This document shows, in pieces, positions 50,257 through 62,905 of a DNA stretch of 64,000 nucleotides. Numbering within the stretch: position 1 is the stretch's first letter; every line of letters begins with the position of its first letter. The translations under genes were made by a program, and so were the position numbers. Location of the stretch: the NCBI GenBank assembly GCA_951406725.2, contig OX597815.1, positions 159,650,001-159,714,000 on the forward strand, given 5' to 3'. Below the pieces are notes generated by a model that was not told where the DNA came from, ran no database searches, and saw only the letters and a program-made list of their open reading frames with translations. The stretch is from Octopus vulgaris. Taxonomy: Eukaryota.

Positions 50257-52690
50257 TTTTAGTATATTCAGTAGGATATTGATTGTGTATGAGAAGAGGA
50301 GTCAATTAAAGTATTTCCTGACTTGTAATATAATGTCTATTAACAAATTAATTATTGCTCTTCTCTATACCACTGTCATCACTGTTACCTGCTTCTTGGT
50401 TATTACTATCTTTATAGAGAAGTTCACCTGCAGTACCATTCCATCCCATTACTGATTCCACATTTTCTAATGCTTTGTCTATATTTCTACCCTGAAGAAC
50501 AAAGTATAAAGCTTCTTCCTGAACCATATAGGCATACAGAATAATGTGGCCTACTTCCTGGTTTCTGTGACATATATATTCCCCACTGGATGGGATGTCA
50601 GTACATTACAGGACTACTTCTTATCATTAGCTGAGTGGACTGGATCATATGAAATGAAATGTTTTGCTCATGAACACAATGCATTGCCTGGTCCAGGAAT
50701 CAAAACCACAATCTAACAATCATGAGTCTAAAACCCTAATCCCTGAGCCACATGCCTCCGTTTCTCCCCTCACTGACACTAATAGGGACCTCACCTACTA
50801 AACATCTATACAAAATGTAATTCACTTTGAAGGCAATGACAAGTGACCGAGACCTTTGGCAATATGTTGTGCTTGAGAAGATTCATCAAGCCAACTGAAA
50901 TTGTAATCATGGCATCCATGAAATCATAGCTGTGTCCATTGCCGGTGTCATGTAAGAAGCACCCTGGAGTGGTTGGCATTATAAAGGCATCCAGCTGTAG
51001 AAACCATGCTAAATCAGAGCCTGGTGCAGCTATCCAACTTACCAGTTCCAGTCAAACCATCTAAACCATGCAAGCATGGGAAGTGGACGTTAAATGACGA
51101 TGATGATGTTGTTATTAAATTCCCAGCAGCCATCCACTTATTCCATTCTTGTCACATAAAATATTTGAATGACTTGTTGATTGCAATATCAAGTAGTTGT
51201 AACTGCAATGTTAACCCACCAATGATAACTTTATTTAATTTCTAATTGCTGAAGTTTTGTATTTATTGTTTCATTTTGTGTGATTGGAATTTATCCTTCC
51301 CTAGAAATAATAACTTCTTCAGCTGATCACACAGACACCATAATTCTTCCAGCTGGTTTGACCCTGTCTCATCCTCCACTTCCATGCATAGTGATGGATA
51401 TGAAATAGAACATTAGAGAGGATAATTTCCTTGGGCTTTGATTTTCATTCAGAGATTAATAAAAGTGGAAGCTTTGTGCTGTCTGCTCTACAGGATCAGA
51501 CAACAGTATAATGGGTTTTTGTTTTTACATGCCCAGTTGCTTTTTTTAGTCACTGTCTATGCAGCTTTATTTTCAACAATGTTATATCATGGGCCATCAA
51601 ATGTTAACAGCACTTCATATATATTACCTATTTGCATTATTTCATAATTAGTGTCTTTCATGGTGTATGTCTCATGTTTGTGAAACTTCAGAATCTCTTC
51701 ATACACTTCAAAAATCTTACTGTCATGCCTTTCCTTGAAACAGTACCACCAAGATGAAGATGAAAGTACAGCAAATTCATTTGCTAATATATTTCCCTCA
51801 CATATTATCACATATTATCGTCTGTGCTGAGGCTGCACCAAGCATGTGCAACCTTTTGTGAGAAGCAGCCTGCATTAGACATGGTTCATCATCAGATGGG
51901 CTATCCTACTAAAAACATATCATGGTAAATTTTTGCCAGACATGTCTTTCAGAAAGTCCCAATTTATTCATGATTGCTTTACATCCTCTATTTTGACAAA
52001 TATAAATCTGTAATTTTGTATTTCTTTACTTGTGCGAAATTTGGTTCTCATACTGGTACCACTTAAAAAACACTAGTGATGGTGCCATGTAAAAAGCACC
52101 CTGTACACTCTGTGAAGTGGTTGGCATTAGAAAGGGCATCCAGCCATAGAAACCAAGCCAAAAACAGACTATGAAACCTAGTGTGATCCCTGGCCTTGAC
52201 AATTCTTGTCATGCCATCCAACCCATGCCAGCAGGGAAAACAAATGTTAAATGTTGATGATGACGATGACTAGATTTATGCTTTTCCATTTCTGTTTTCA
52301 TTTGTGATTCCTCTTTCCTCCATTTACAAATAATTTTTTCAGTAGGTGTTAGTCCATATTGTTTCTCAGCTGTGTAGCAGTCTGATGGTTTAGCATATTC
52401 AACAACTTATAGCTTATAACAGTATGTTTGTCTTTGCTGCTTTGTTGCTGTTGCTGTTGTGTAACACTGTAAAGAGGCATCTCCAGCTGGATATCTAAAC
52501 TGATAGGTTAACAGAAGGGATAGACTTTAATGGTCATTGTACCCTACTTATGTGTAGGTTTTGTGACATATCATCACTGGTGATTCACCGTAGCCCAAAC
52601 AAAACACAAGGTTCTGTTACTGGTGTGGGTAAACCCTTATAAGCTTTACCATCAATACTTTATAAAACTAATAAAGTACTGATAGTACTT

Positions 52691-52931
52691 ATTCTTCTTA
52701 CAGCATTCACCCGGAATGGGTGGAGCTGGCTTCGTTCATCCTCAATGCTGCATCTCTCACAAACGCCGACCAGGCATAGTGAGTTGAGGCTAACGACCGC
52801 GTGATCTCCAACCACTCCTTATTCCAGTGGCAAATGCCGTAGATGTGGGGGCCTAGGTTGGGTTCCAGATCAGCCTTGACTGTCATCAGTCAGGTTTTTC
52901 GTTGTCTACCACATCGCTTTCGCCAACCCTG
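52691..52931 (-). mobile_element. 5'-truncated RTE LINE 3' end with 17-bp TSD
   Basis: Minus strand reads QGWRKRCGRQRKT*LMTVKADLEPNLGPHIYG..WNKEWLEI...AWSAFVRDA...STHSG*, then a short UTR and gaagaa; TSD aagtactgatagtactt at 52674-52690 and 52932-52948. Confidence 0.85.
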
Positions 52932-54643
52932 AAGTACTGATAGTACTTGGTTATATTATATGTGAATTGTAGCTGCAGGCTTATATAACAAAATTGAGGT
53001 TGTGGCTGAGAACTGAACCTAGCTGTAAAACTTCACTCTATAAATTGATCTTTTAGTGATGACACTAATGAGGCTGGTTTGTTGGGTTGTTTGCAAAAAA
53101 AAAAAAAGAAAAAAAAATTCATTATATATCTTGAAAATATAATACATCTAAGTAACATTGACTGATTTCTGTCTTCAAGTAAATTGTATGACGATTCCAC
53201 AAGTGTTGAAATTTTGCTTTTAGACATTGCTAATTACTCTGCTTGTTCAGGTAACCACGTCAGTATCATTGCTAGCCATAAATGTAAGTAGCAAGTGTTA
53301 AGAAGATGAATAGTCTTACTGTGAGATTTTTCTTCTAATGCTCTGCACAATGCTCATTTATTAGAACTACTTTAAACATGTTAACATTGGAAAAAAAAAA
53401 TTTGAAAAGTAAAAATTTTATCAAAAAAAAAATTAAAATAAGAAAAAAAAAAACAGGTCTATAAAAAAAAAAAAGTATGTTTCAAGACAAATTATTTTTA
53501 GTCTCAGGTCACTGGTTTCAGATCAATAGCCAGCATAATTTACACATTATCACAGTTATAGATTTCATTATTAAAACATTGTTTTAAAAGTCAAGATAGA
53601 TTTATTTTCTCCCATGTAACCTGCTTTAAAAAGAAAATAAAGATTTATGCTTAGAAAGAAATAAGAAAAACACAACAAAAAAAGAAGAAGAAATGGTAGT
53701 CATGGCTGAAACTCCTTTGATCATAGATCATTTACAAATCAAATTATGCTATTATCAATATTTTTATCTGTTATTAATTTCATCCATCTTTTGTTTTGCT
53801 TTGCCTCATTTTTAATGATTCAACATCAGAAAATTCAATGATTCCCCCCTCTTATTTTTTCCCCCTATGGACCATTTCAGCTGACAGAATCATCTGTCCA
53901 TTATTATATTAAGTTAGAATCGAAGAGCCCTTGTATTTTGTTTCTGCTTCACAGCCATCATATCAACCTAATTAGGTATTGTTCTGTTGTATCCCTACAC
54001 ATCATTAGAAGCGAGTGAATTTGGCTTGGTATAATATGATGCCATAATGCCATTATTCTAAGGGCAATAATTGGCTATAATTGCTTCTTTAATCAGTATC
54101 ATCAAGCTATCAGAAGCCATAGATTATGGCAAAACATTGTTGTGAATGTGACTTGCTTCAAGGAAATGTTTGCATATTTAATCAGAAACAAGCTGCAATC
54201 AATACATACATACATACACATATGTGTGTTTGTGTGTGTGAGTGTGTTGGCTTTGTTTTTTTTTATTTTGTTGATCTAAAGAAATAAGAATAACAAGCCA
54301 TGATTTTTGTGAATAAAATCTGCAAATTAAAAAAAAAAAAGATCTAAATCAATAACACACAGAAAAAACATAAATAAAGATCTATCACAACCAGCTGTAT
54401 ATGATTTAGTTTTTGGCAGCTTATCTAACATATTGCAATTCTATAGCAGTGTCTGTCTATAAATCATAAGCTGAGATGATACTGTGGAACATTACTGGTT
54501 ATAAGTTTGAAGTTTGTTATAGCCATTATATTGTTGGTGGTGGTGGTGGCAGTGATGGTGACACTGATGGTATTTAGCCCCTGGTTAGCCCAAAAGGAGC
54601 AGTCATATAATCAAAGATATTACAAGTGAGATTGTTCTATTTT

Positions 54644-55023
54644 TAATAAATCTCTGAGCGAGGTACAAACAGTAGCTTGTGTAAACAAGCAATCGCTCAG
54701 AGATTTATTATTGCTTGTTAACACTTTTTCGATACCAGTGACTTTTCGTCACTGGAAAAAGGATATATATTTGCAAGGGGAGGCCTACTTTCCATCGACA
54801 ACTCGTGATTGTCACACGCTGATGACGGGTCGATACCCAGAAACTCGAGTCTGTGTGTATCATAGGTTGAAGACAGGAAGGATGGCTTCCCTTTGCAAAT
54901 ACTGATAGAGCACAGAAAGTGTGTCAATAGCCAGCTGGAGGAGGTGTCCTCCTGGGGCTACAAGCCACAGTAGCATCTGCCCTTAGGGGTTAGCCACATT
55001 TAAGTGGCAAATATACTTCATGA
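54644..55023 (+). mobile_element. Retrozyme-like non-coding insertion
   Basis: GC-rich, multi-hairpin sequence enclosing an intact HHR; tgttctat is duplicated at 54633-54640 and 55024-55031. Confidence 0.6.
54813..54857 (+). ncRNA. Type-I hammerhead ribozyme
   Basis: cacacg-CTGATGA-c-gggt-cgat-accc-a-GAAA-ctcgag-TC-tgtgtg; stem I 6 bp, stem II 4 bp, palindromic stem III; GUC cleavage after 54851. Confidence 0.85.
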
Positions 55024-55979
55024 TGTTCTATCTTCGTTTTGTTTTTTATATTCTTTAATTAAAAAAATTTTTTGCAAGCATTGTGTATCTAGAATTGTGT
55101 CATCTGATGTGTTCTCTTTTTAAATACAAGTGACCAGGACTTCTGATGAATTGCTGTGCTTGAGAAGGCATGTCAAACTAAGTGAAATCATGGTCATGCT
55201 CATATCCAGTGCTGGTGATGTATCAATACTGGTGACGCATAAAGGGCACCCAGTACACGCTGTACAGTCATTGGCATTTGGAAGGGCTATCCAGCCATAG
55301 AACCCAAGCCAAAATAGACTGGAGCCTGGTGTAGCTTTCCTGCTTACTATCTCCAGTCAAACTGTCTTACCCATGGACATTTAACGTCCACTTTTCCAAG
55401 AAGACCTCTCCTCCTGAACAGAAGTGTTAAGGCCACTCCCCGCTGGTGAAAACGATTGGCCTGCTAGAGTCCTGTAGTCCTGTTCTGGTGCCATATAAAA
55501 AGCACTTGTGCCAGTGCTACATGAGGGTACCCATGCTAGTGTCACATTAAAAGCACCCAGCACATACTGTGAAGTGGGTTGTGTTACGAAGGGTATCCAG
55601 CAGTATGAACCAAGCCAAATCAGACTGGAACCTGGTGCAGCTCTCCTGCTTGCTAGCTCTGGTTAAACCATCCTACCCATGCCAGCATGGAAAGAAGGCA
55701 TTAAAAGGTGATGATGAGGAGGACAATGAAAATGATTTTCCATGCTCATATGGGTGAGACAGACTTTGCTGAGGCAAAATTTCTACTGCCGGATGTCCTT
55801 GTTGCTAACTCTCACCTGTTTCCAAGCAGGCTCATTGCTTGACAAGGTTTTCATAGAAGATTGGAAACAAAGAATCTCACTTGTATGATGGTAATGATGC
55901 TCATTTACAACTACCATGTGGTGGCGAGACAAGTGGCTGTGGTCAAAAGAGTGTACAAATATAAATTCCTTCTATCATA

Positions 55980-56655
55980 CAGGTGTGACTGTGTGGTTTA
56001 GAAGCCTGCTTACAAGCAATGTGGCCTTAGGTCAGTCTCACTGCATGGTACCATGGGCAAGTGCCTTCTACTATAGCTCAGCCATGTGAGTAGAGTTGGT
56101 AGAAAGAAACTGAAAGAAGCCTATTGTACAAGCATGAGTGTGTTCATGTGTGTGTGTGGCAAGAGTGAGTCTTTGCATACACACACACACACATAATGCA
56201 TAGCGTTCATCTTTTACCATTTACTACTTGTTTCAGTCATTGGTTACAGCCATGCTGGAGCATCACCTTGAGAGATTTGATCAAACAAATCAAGCCCCAG
56301 TAGTTATTTAATTTCTTATTGTATCTGGTACTTAGCCTGGTACTTAATCTATTATTCCAGCATGGTACTTATCCTATCATTCCTTTTTGCCAAACTGCTA
56401 TATTATGGTGACATAAATAAACCAACACCAGTTGTCAAGTCACGGTGCGGGACAAACACAAAGCTTCACACACACACACACGCACTTATATATGGTGTGC
56501 TTGTATGTCAGGCTTCTTTCAGTTTCCCCGACCGAATCCACTCACATGGCTGGGCTTTGGTAGAAGGCTCTTGCCCATGGTACCATGTAGTGAGACTGAA
56601 CCTGAGACCACATTGTTGGAAAGCAAGCTTTCTAAACCACATAGTTATGCCTGTG
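55980..56655. mobile_element. Inverted pair of SINE A copies
   Basis: Plus-strand 5' half at 55980-56125; minus-strand full copy at 56210-56655. Confidence 0.65.
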
Positions 56656-58011
56656 GGATAGACAGAGATTATATTTCTATGCTCTTTTATTTACTTTTAG
56701 TTATCTGTTGCTTTTGAAAGCTTATTTTCTTTCTCTTTGTAAACAATGATTTGTCCCAAAAGATTACTATAAGGACCTCTCTTTCTCTTCTATTTGATAT
56801 TCTGCTAGATATGTCACATACAGCTGACCAAATCAGTACAGGCAGAATTTAGCAGTCGCTATCACTTATACATGGGCATCTATTGTTTTCCAGTTGCTAT
56901 TACGGAATTCTAATTTTGATAAAAGTGTTGTGTATTATGCAAATTTCAGAGCCAAATTTTCTTACTCTTAGCTCATGCATTGTTAGAAACACACTGCTTT
57001 AATCAGCAGAGAGTGCATGTTAATTCAATATTAACATTAGGATCCAATTTCTTTGTGTATATTTAAAATCTAATTTAGTTCAGCCTCGAATTATATTGAA
57101 ATGACTATAGTTAGAAGAAAAGTCTTTGAAAGATAACAGTAAGATTTTACTTGATTGGTCGTGGTGTTTCAAAAAGAATGTGACTCTTTATCTATTTCAG
57201 TTTCTGAAGACATGGTATCCTCTAAAAGAACAAAATTGATTTTATTAAGCTTGTTTTATCTTTATTTTTATTTTTTTATTTTGCACAAGACATCCTCTAT
57301 CTGGCTTTGGCTTTTCTATTTTTCAAATCATATGTTCACTTATGTTCATGTATTTCATGTATCTCTAATGTAGAGTGCTATTAACTAGGCTGGAGGTCTA
57401 CTGTGAGTTAAAATTTTTTCTTTTCTATTAGAATAAAAGGAATGATTCAAGTGTTGTATAGATTTAATAGACAAGCATAATGACTTTATTAAAATTCACT
57501 GATATGGATGGTAGCAAGAACACATACAGATATATGGGTGTCTGTATATAGAAATATAACAGGTGTAGATTCACATATATGTGTGTTTGTATGTGCGCAA
57601 TCATACACTAAAATGATTTCCATGATAGAGAAATACTCATTTAAATAGCTCTGATGAAGCTATAAGATGTTGTATTGGACTCAACTCTGGGTACATGATT
57701 CCTTATGATAGAAACAAATTTACGCACCTGACATAAAGCCAACTCCCTTTCACTAATACCCCCACCTCAATTTAGTCAATTTCTCTCTTTTCTGTTTTTT
57801 TCTTTTTTGCCACTTACTTGGCAATATTACTAAATCCATTGGCATGAAAAAGTGCACCCCATGCTCACTGTAAGTTGGTTGTATTAATTAATTAATTAAA
57901 TATATATATATACATACATATATGTATACAAATATATATATATGTACATGTGTATATATGTATATATATATTTTTATATATGGGTGTGTATGTAGGTATG
58001 GTTATATATAT

Positions 58012-58043
<32 letters not shown>

Positions 58044-58081
58044 GTATATGAGTGTATGTATATATATACATATATATTGTG

Positions 58082-58116
<35 letters not shown>

Positions 58117-58130
58117 GTTTATAATCTCAA

Positions 58131-58360
58131 CCCTTTAGCATTTAATCCAGCCGTATCCGGCCCAAATAGTCTCCCTGTTTTTTGGTTTATTTTTGTTAAA
58201 ATTGACCTGATCCAACTTCTCACACTGACCTTACAATGCCATTCTAAAAATATACAAACACACTTTGAAATCTTGAAGCTACAAAATAATGCCTGATTAG
58301 TTCAAGATAATGTGAATTAATAGTTAATACATTTGACAAAAAAATCTGAATACTAAAGGG
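58131..58360. mobile_element. piggyBac-type MITE
   Basis: tcaa|ccctttagca ... tactaaaggg|TTAA; homologous to 15738-15957. Confidence 0.7.
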
Positions 58361-58794
58361 TTAAAGCTTATGAGTGGTCACTGTAATGACTAAAGAAAAT
58401 AGTCTAATTCTGGAGCATATAAGCCCTTGACAGGAAAAAGTTGGGTTTGTACACATGGGATGGAAACACTACTTTTTTCTGCATCACAACATGCAGCCAT
58501 AATGGAAGCAATTAACATTGCATAAGATGAGCCTCCATCATCTGGGTAGAAAAGATCTTGCATTTCAGATATTCAAGCAGAGGCATTCAAAGATGGAATA
58601 ATTAAATGTGGAGAGCTAGCCGTATTAGAGGATTGGTTATGGGCAGCATTAAGAAGGGGAATGGTCAGAGGAGTTAAGAGAGCTACTTCAGAAAGAGGAA
58701 GGAGGTTAATAGTGAGGGTGTCAAAGGAGGTGATAGCAACTCTCTAGCTCTACTACCACATCCCTTAATACCCTCATTATTAACCACCTCCTTA

Positions 58795-58829
<35 letters not shown>

Positions 58830-59116
58830 ATATGTGTGTGTATATATATGAATATATGAATATATGTATGTATATGTATATATATGTATGTATATATATA
58901 TGTATGTATGTATATGTATATATATGTATGTATAAATGTATATATATATATTGTATATATATGTATGTATAATGTATATGTATGTGTATATATATATGTG
59001 TATGTATGTATATGTATATATATATATATATATAAAATGTATATATCATATATATACATTTTTTATGTATTGTGTCTTTATTTGTTTGATTTGCATAATA
59101 GTGTGTATTCTAATTA

Positions 59117-59148
<32 letters not shown>
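58795..59148. repeat. Compound (TG)n/(TA)n/(TATG)n microsatellite
   Basis: Directly visible; similar tracts at about 5015-5250, 8640-8740, 9670-9812, 21336-21612, 57900-58112 and 59720-59846. Confidence 0.95.
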
Positions 59149-59268
59149 GGTGGAGGCACAATGGCCCAGTGGTTAGGGCAGTGGACTTGTGGTCACGGGG
59201 TCATGGTTTCGATTCCCAGACTGGGCATTGTGAGTGTTTATTGAGCAAAAGCACCTAAAGCTCCACGT
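59149..59268 (+). mobile_element. 5' part of SINE family C
   Basis: ggaggcacaatggcccagtggttagggcag...ggtttcgattcccag...aaagctccacg. Confidence 0.75.
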
Positions 59269-59795
59269 TAAGGGTACACATGTCTGTGGAGTGCACAGCC
59301 CCTTGCACGTTAATTCCACGAGCAGACTGTTCTATTATTTGGATCATCTGGAGTAGTAATATATATGTATATATATAACCCATGCTAGCACAGAAAACAA
59401 ATTTTAAACGATGATGATGATGATGTATATATAATTTATAAATTTTGAAAAAATTTTGTCCAAAATTTTCTAAATCTTCTTGTTGATTTCCCTACATTCA
59501 ACCTTGTGCCAAAAGGAGAACAAATTTAGAGTGGTTTGTAGACATTTGGCATCTACTTCTAGCATATTGGCGTTGTCTCTCCAGTGCCCCTAATTATAAT
59601 TCTATATTTATAATTATATACTTAGATATCAAATTTACTGATACGCTAGTTATTTTATGCTGGCCACTTATTTAATCATTTTAATGATTATATCCTCTAT
59701 TTATACACAAACATAAATATACATATGTGTATATATATATATTTGTGTGTGTGTATATATATGTGTGTGCATGTGTATGTATATATGTGTGTGTG

Positions 59796-59846
<51 letters not shown>

Positions 59847-60442
59847 TTCTTCACTCAAGATATTTTTCTCTGAAAAATTTTTTTAGGACTATTTGTAAAA
59901 GACATTATATAATTGAAAAAAGAAAGAGAAAAAATATGAAAAAGACACTCACAAGTTATTGCAATTATTCAACTAGTTAAACTTTACTGCAATTACTATA
60001 TTTCCGATGGAAAAAAAAAGAGAAAACAAACAGGAAGTAAAATACGATTATAAGAAAATAAAATGATTTAGAAGATGAATTTTTTTAGGTGACAGCTATC
60101 ATTTACCAAACTTTTCTTGCAGTCAATAATTCTATAGAAGCAAAACTGTAAATAAACATAAATAAAATAGCGAGATAAAAAGCAAAATCATTTTAATGCT
60201 AAATGTTCTTAGGCTACATTCTGGTATGTATTACCATATTTCACACAAACTTCACATCGAGATAGATGTTCATTGTCTCCTTCTATTTTACCTGTTTGTT
60301 TGCTTTCACTTCCTCTTTTGTTTTCTTTTTTTTACTTTCTTACTTTATTTTTACTTTTTAGCTACATATACTTCATGTACGGTATAATTAATTTCATTTG
60401 TTTCTGCTTTGGGGTAAACTGCAGGAGGTTTGTTTCATAAGT

Positions 60443-60483
60443 TTATTATTATCATTACTATCATTATTATTATTATAATAATA

Positions 60484-60548
<65 letters not shown>

Positions 60549-60562
60549 TATTATTATTACTA

Positions 60563-60644
<82 letters not shown>

Positions 60645-60652
60645 CCTTATCC

Positions 60653-60696
<44 letters not shown>

Positions 60697-60736
60697 ATTA
60701 TTATCATTATTATTATTATTATTATCATCATTATTA
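60443..60736. repeat. (ATT)n microsatellite, ~290 bp
   Basis: Directly visible; a complementary (AAT)n tract lies at ~61025-61121. Confidence 0.95.
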
Positions 60737-61043
60737 TATGAAGAAGAAGAATGATAATATTGATAGTCTTTTTTTATTTTTTTTTTATTTAAAACCAAAT
60801 ACATTTAGCCGGCAGGTATTTACTTCAGTGGAAATAGCCAAAAATGTATTATCCTCTTTAAAACCCATGCTGTTAATGGAGTTTTGCAATTTAAAAAAAA
60901 AAAAAGACCCACACAAACAAACTAAACAAGGCAAATGCACCTCTGCAGCCTTAAGGAGATTTCACATGAGTAACTGGATTTCATTCTGGAGCTGTTGATT
61001 CATAAAGGGAAAGAGCTAAAATAGTAATAATAATAATATAATA

Positions 61044-61108
<65 letters not shown>

Positions 61109-61579
61109 TGATGATGATGATATGGTACATTAAATATGATAAAGAAGGAAATTAACAAACACATAAAATAATCATGCTAGGATTCACAAATAAATATACA
61201 CACAGTCCAAAAAATATCCCTGCCAGACACAGCCCACAATATATGCAAGGCCCTGTCAATTCAATATTATAATCTCACTGTGAAATGGCTGTCTCATTAG
61301 GAAGCCAGATGAAATGCCTTGCAGCGTTTATTCTGGCGCCTTGCATCCTGAGTTCAAATCCCTATAAGCTACTTCTATTTTAGCTGAGGTGTGAAGTGCC
61401 TCACGTTTTCTGGATAGTAGTCTTTTAGCTGCTGCCAGACCTCTGATGTTCTTCTCTCTTAGCTCTTAGATCTTCCACTACTGTCACCACAATGGGCAAT
61501 GAGTCTTCTTCTAATGTTCGAATTGTTTGCTTTTCCCTTAGCTCCACCCATTATGTTGTCTCAGAACATGCTGTTTGTT

Positions 61580-61855
61580 CCTTCTCGAGTCATGCCTGGC
61601 TTATAAGGGCCGGTTTCCCAATTTCTTTGGATGGGATGCCGGTCCGTCACAGGTGAGCTGCAAGATGCAGGAGGAAAGAGTGAGAGAAAGTTGTGGCGAA
61701 TGAGTCAGCAGAAGTTCGCCATTACCTTCTGCAGGAACCACGTGGAGCTTAGGTGTTTTGCTCATAAACACACACATCACCCAGTCTGAGATTCAAACCC
61801 ACGATCCCTCGATTGCGAGTCCGATGCTCTAACCACTAGGCCATGTGCCTCCACA
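61580..61855 (-). mobile_element. SINE family C
   Basis: Reverse complement of the head and body of 6545-6855. Confidence 0.75.
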
Positions 61856-62064
61856 TGCTGCATCATCAGTCATTTAACCACTAGGGGCACCTGGATATTC
61901 CACTTCAATAGCCTCCTCAGTCAGCACAGTATCTGTTTAACATCAAATTAAGGTGGCTATATTGATGCTTTTCTTTTACAGTTGCTGCTACTCCCCACTA
62001 CTTTTACTTTCCCCAATGGCTTTGTACCTTTCTCCAGGTACCATCTCTTCTACTATGGCCAAAA

Positions 62065-62128
62065 GGCTTCAGCATGACTCAAGGCTTCAGCATAATTCAG
62101 AGCTTCAGCATCACTCAGAGCTTCAGTG
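62065..62128 (+). repeat. 18-bp minisatellite, ~3.5 copies
   Basis: ggcttcagcatgactcaa / ggcttcagcataattcag / agcttcagcatcactcag / agcttcag. Confidence 0.8.
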
Positions 62129-62544
62129 TGGCTCTGCAGCTAAGGAGTAGGCACTTCAGCTCTCAGTGCTCGCGACTCTGATAATGAGGTGATTTGTTTG
62201 AGAGGAAGAAAAGAAATATTGAAGTCTTATGAGCTAGCGTAAGGAAGAAGAGTAAGGGACTGGAAGTGTAAGGGTATGGATGTGAATATCAACATAATGA
62301 CTGGAGGAAATTCCACAGAATGGGATTCTACATTCTAAATATTCATACTGTAGCTCTGACATATATAATATTAATTTCAAATTTTGAAACAAGGCCTGCA
62401 ACTTCGGTGGGGGTTAAGTTGATTACATCGACCTTAGTGTTTAACTGGTACTTATTTTATCAACCCCAAAGGGATGAAAGGTAAAGTTGACCTAATTGGA
62501 TTTTAAACTCAGAACATTAAAACAGACAAAACATACTATTGCTA

Positions 62545-62905
62545 CTTATTTAATCCCTTAACTCCTAATGCTCTTAATGAAGTATAGGCCATTTACAACT
62601 TTCCTCTATTCTTGACTCTGGTCTGTTTGGTTGGGTCACTCTTTTAGTATGAAGGGAACCATATGTTTACCTGAGAGAAGACCTTCCTCTCTCAGGTCTT
62701 GTGTCTTTGAATTGTCATCGAGGCTTCTGTAACTTTACTTTTTACTAGGTAGGGCTGTTGGCCCTATGCAAACCCACTTTTACCTGTAGGAAGAAGCAGT
62801 CTATAGTTGTCTGGCCTCAATCCTTTGATTTGTCCAGCATAGAAGGCCTTTCTGCTACCTTAGCTCTCATGATCATTGAAGTATACTAGTCACCACACCA
62901 CACTA
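62545..62905 (-). mobile_element. Old RTE-derived non-autonomous fragment
   Basis: Minus-strand end resembles an RTE C-terminus (…RKVVNGLY…); gtctggcctc...tgtccagcatag is shared with ~7703-7815. Confidence 0.35.

Noticed and set aside
58420-58790. Possible LINE endonuclease remnant
   Set aside because: Too decayed to show diagnostic motifs by eye.
60394-60804. Poly-Asn / poly-Ile ORFs
   Set aside because: Translation of the (ATT)n microsatellite.
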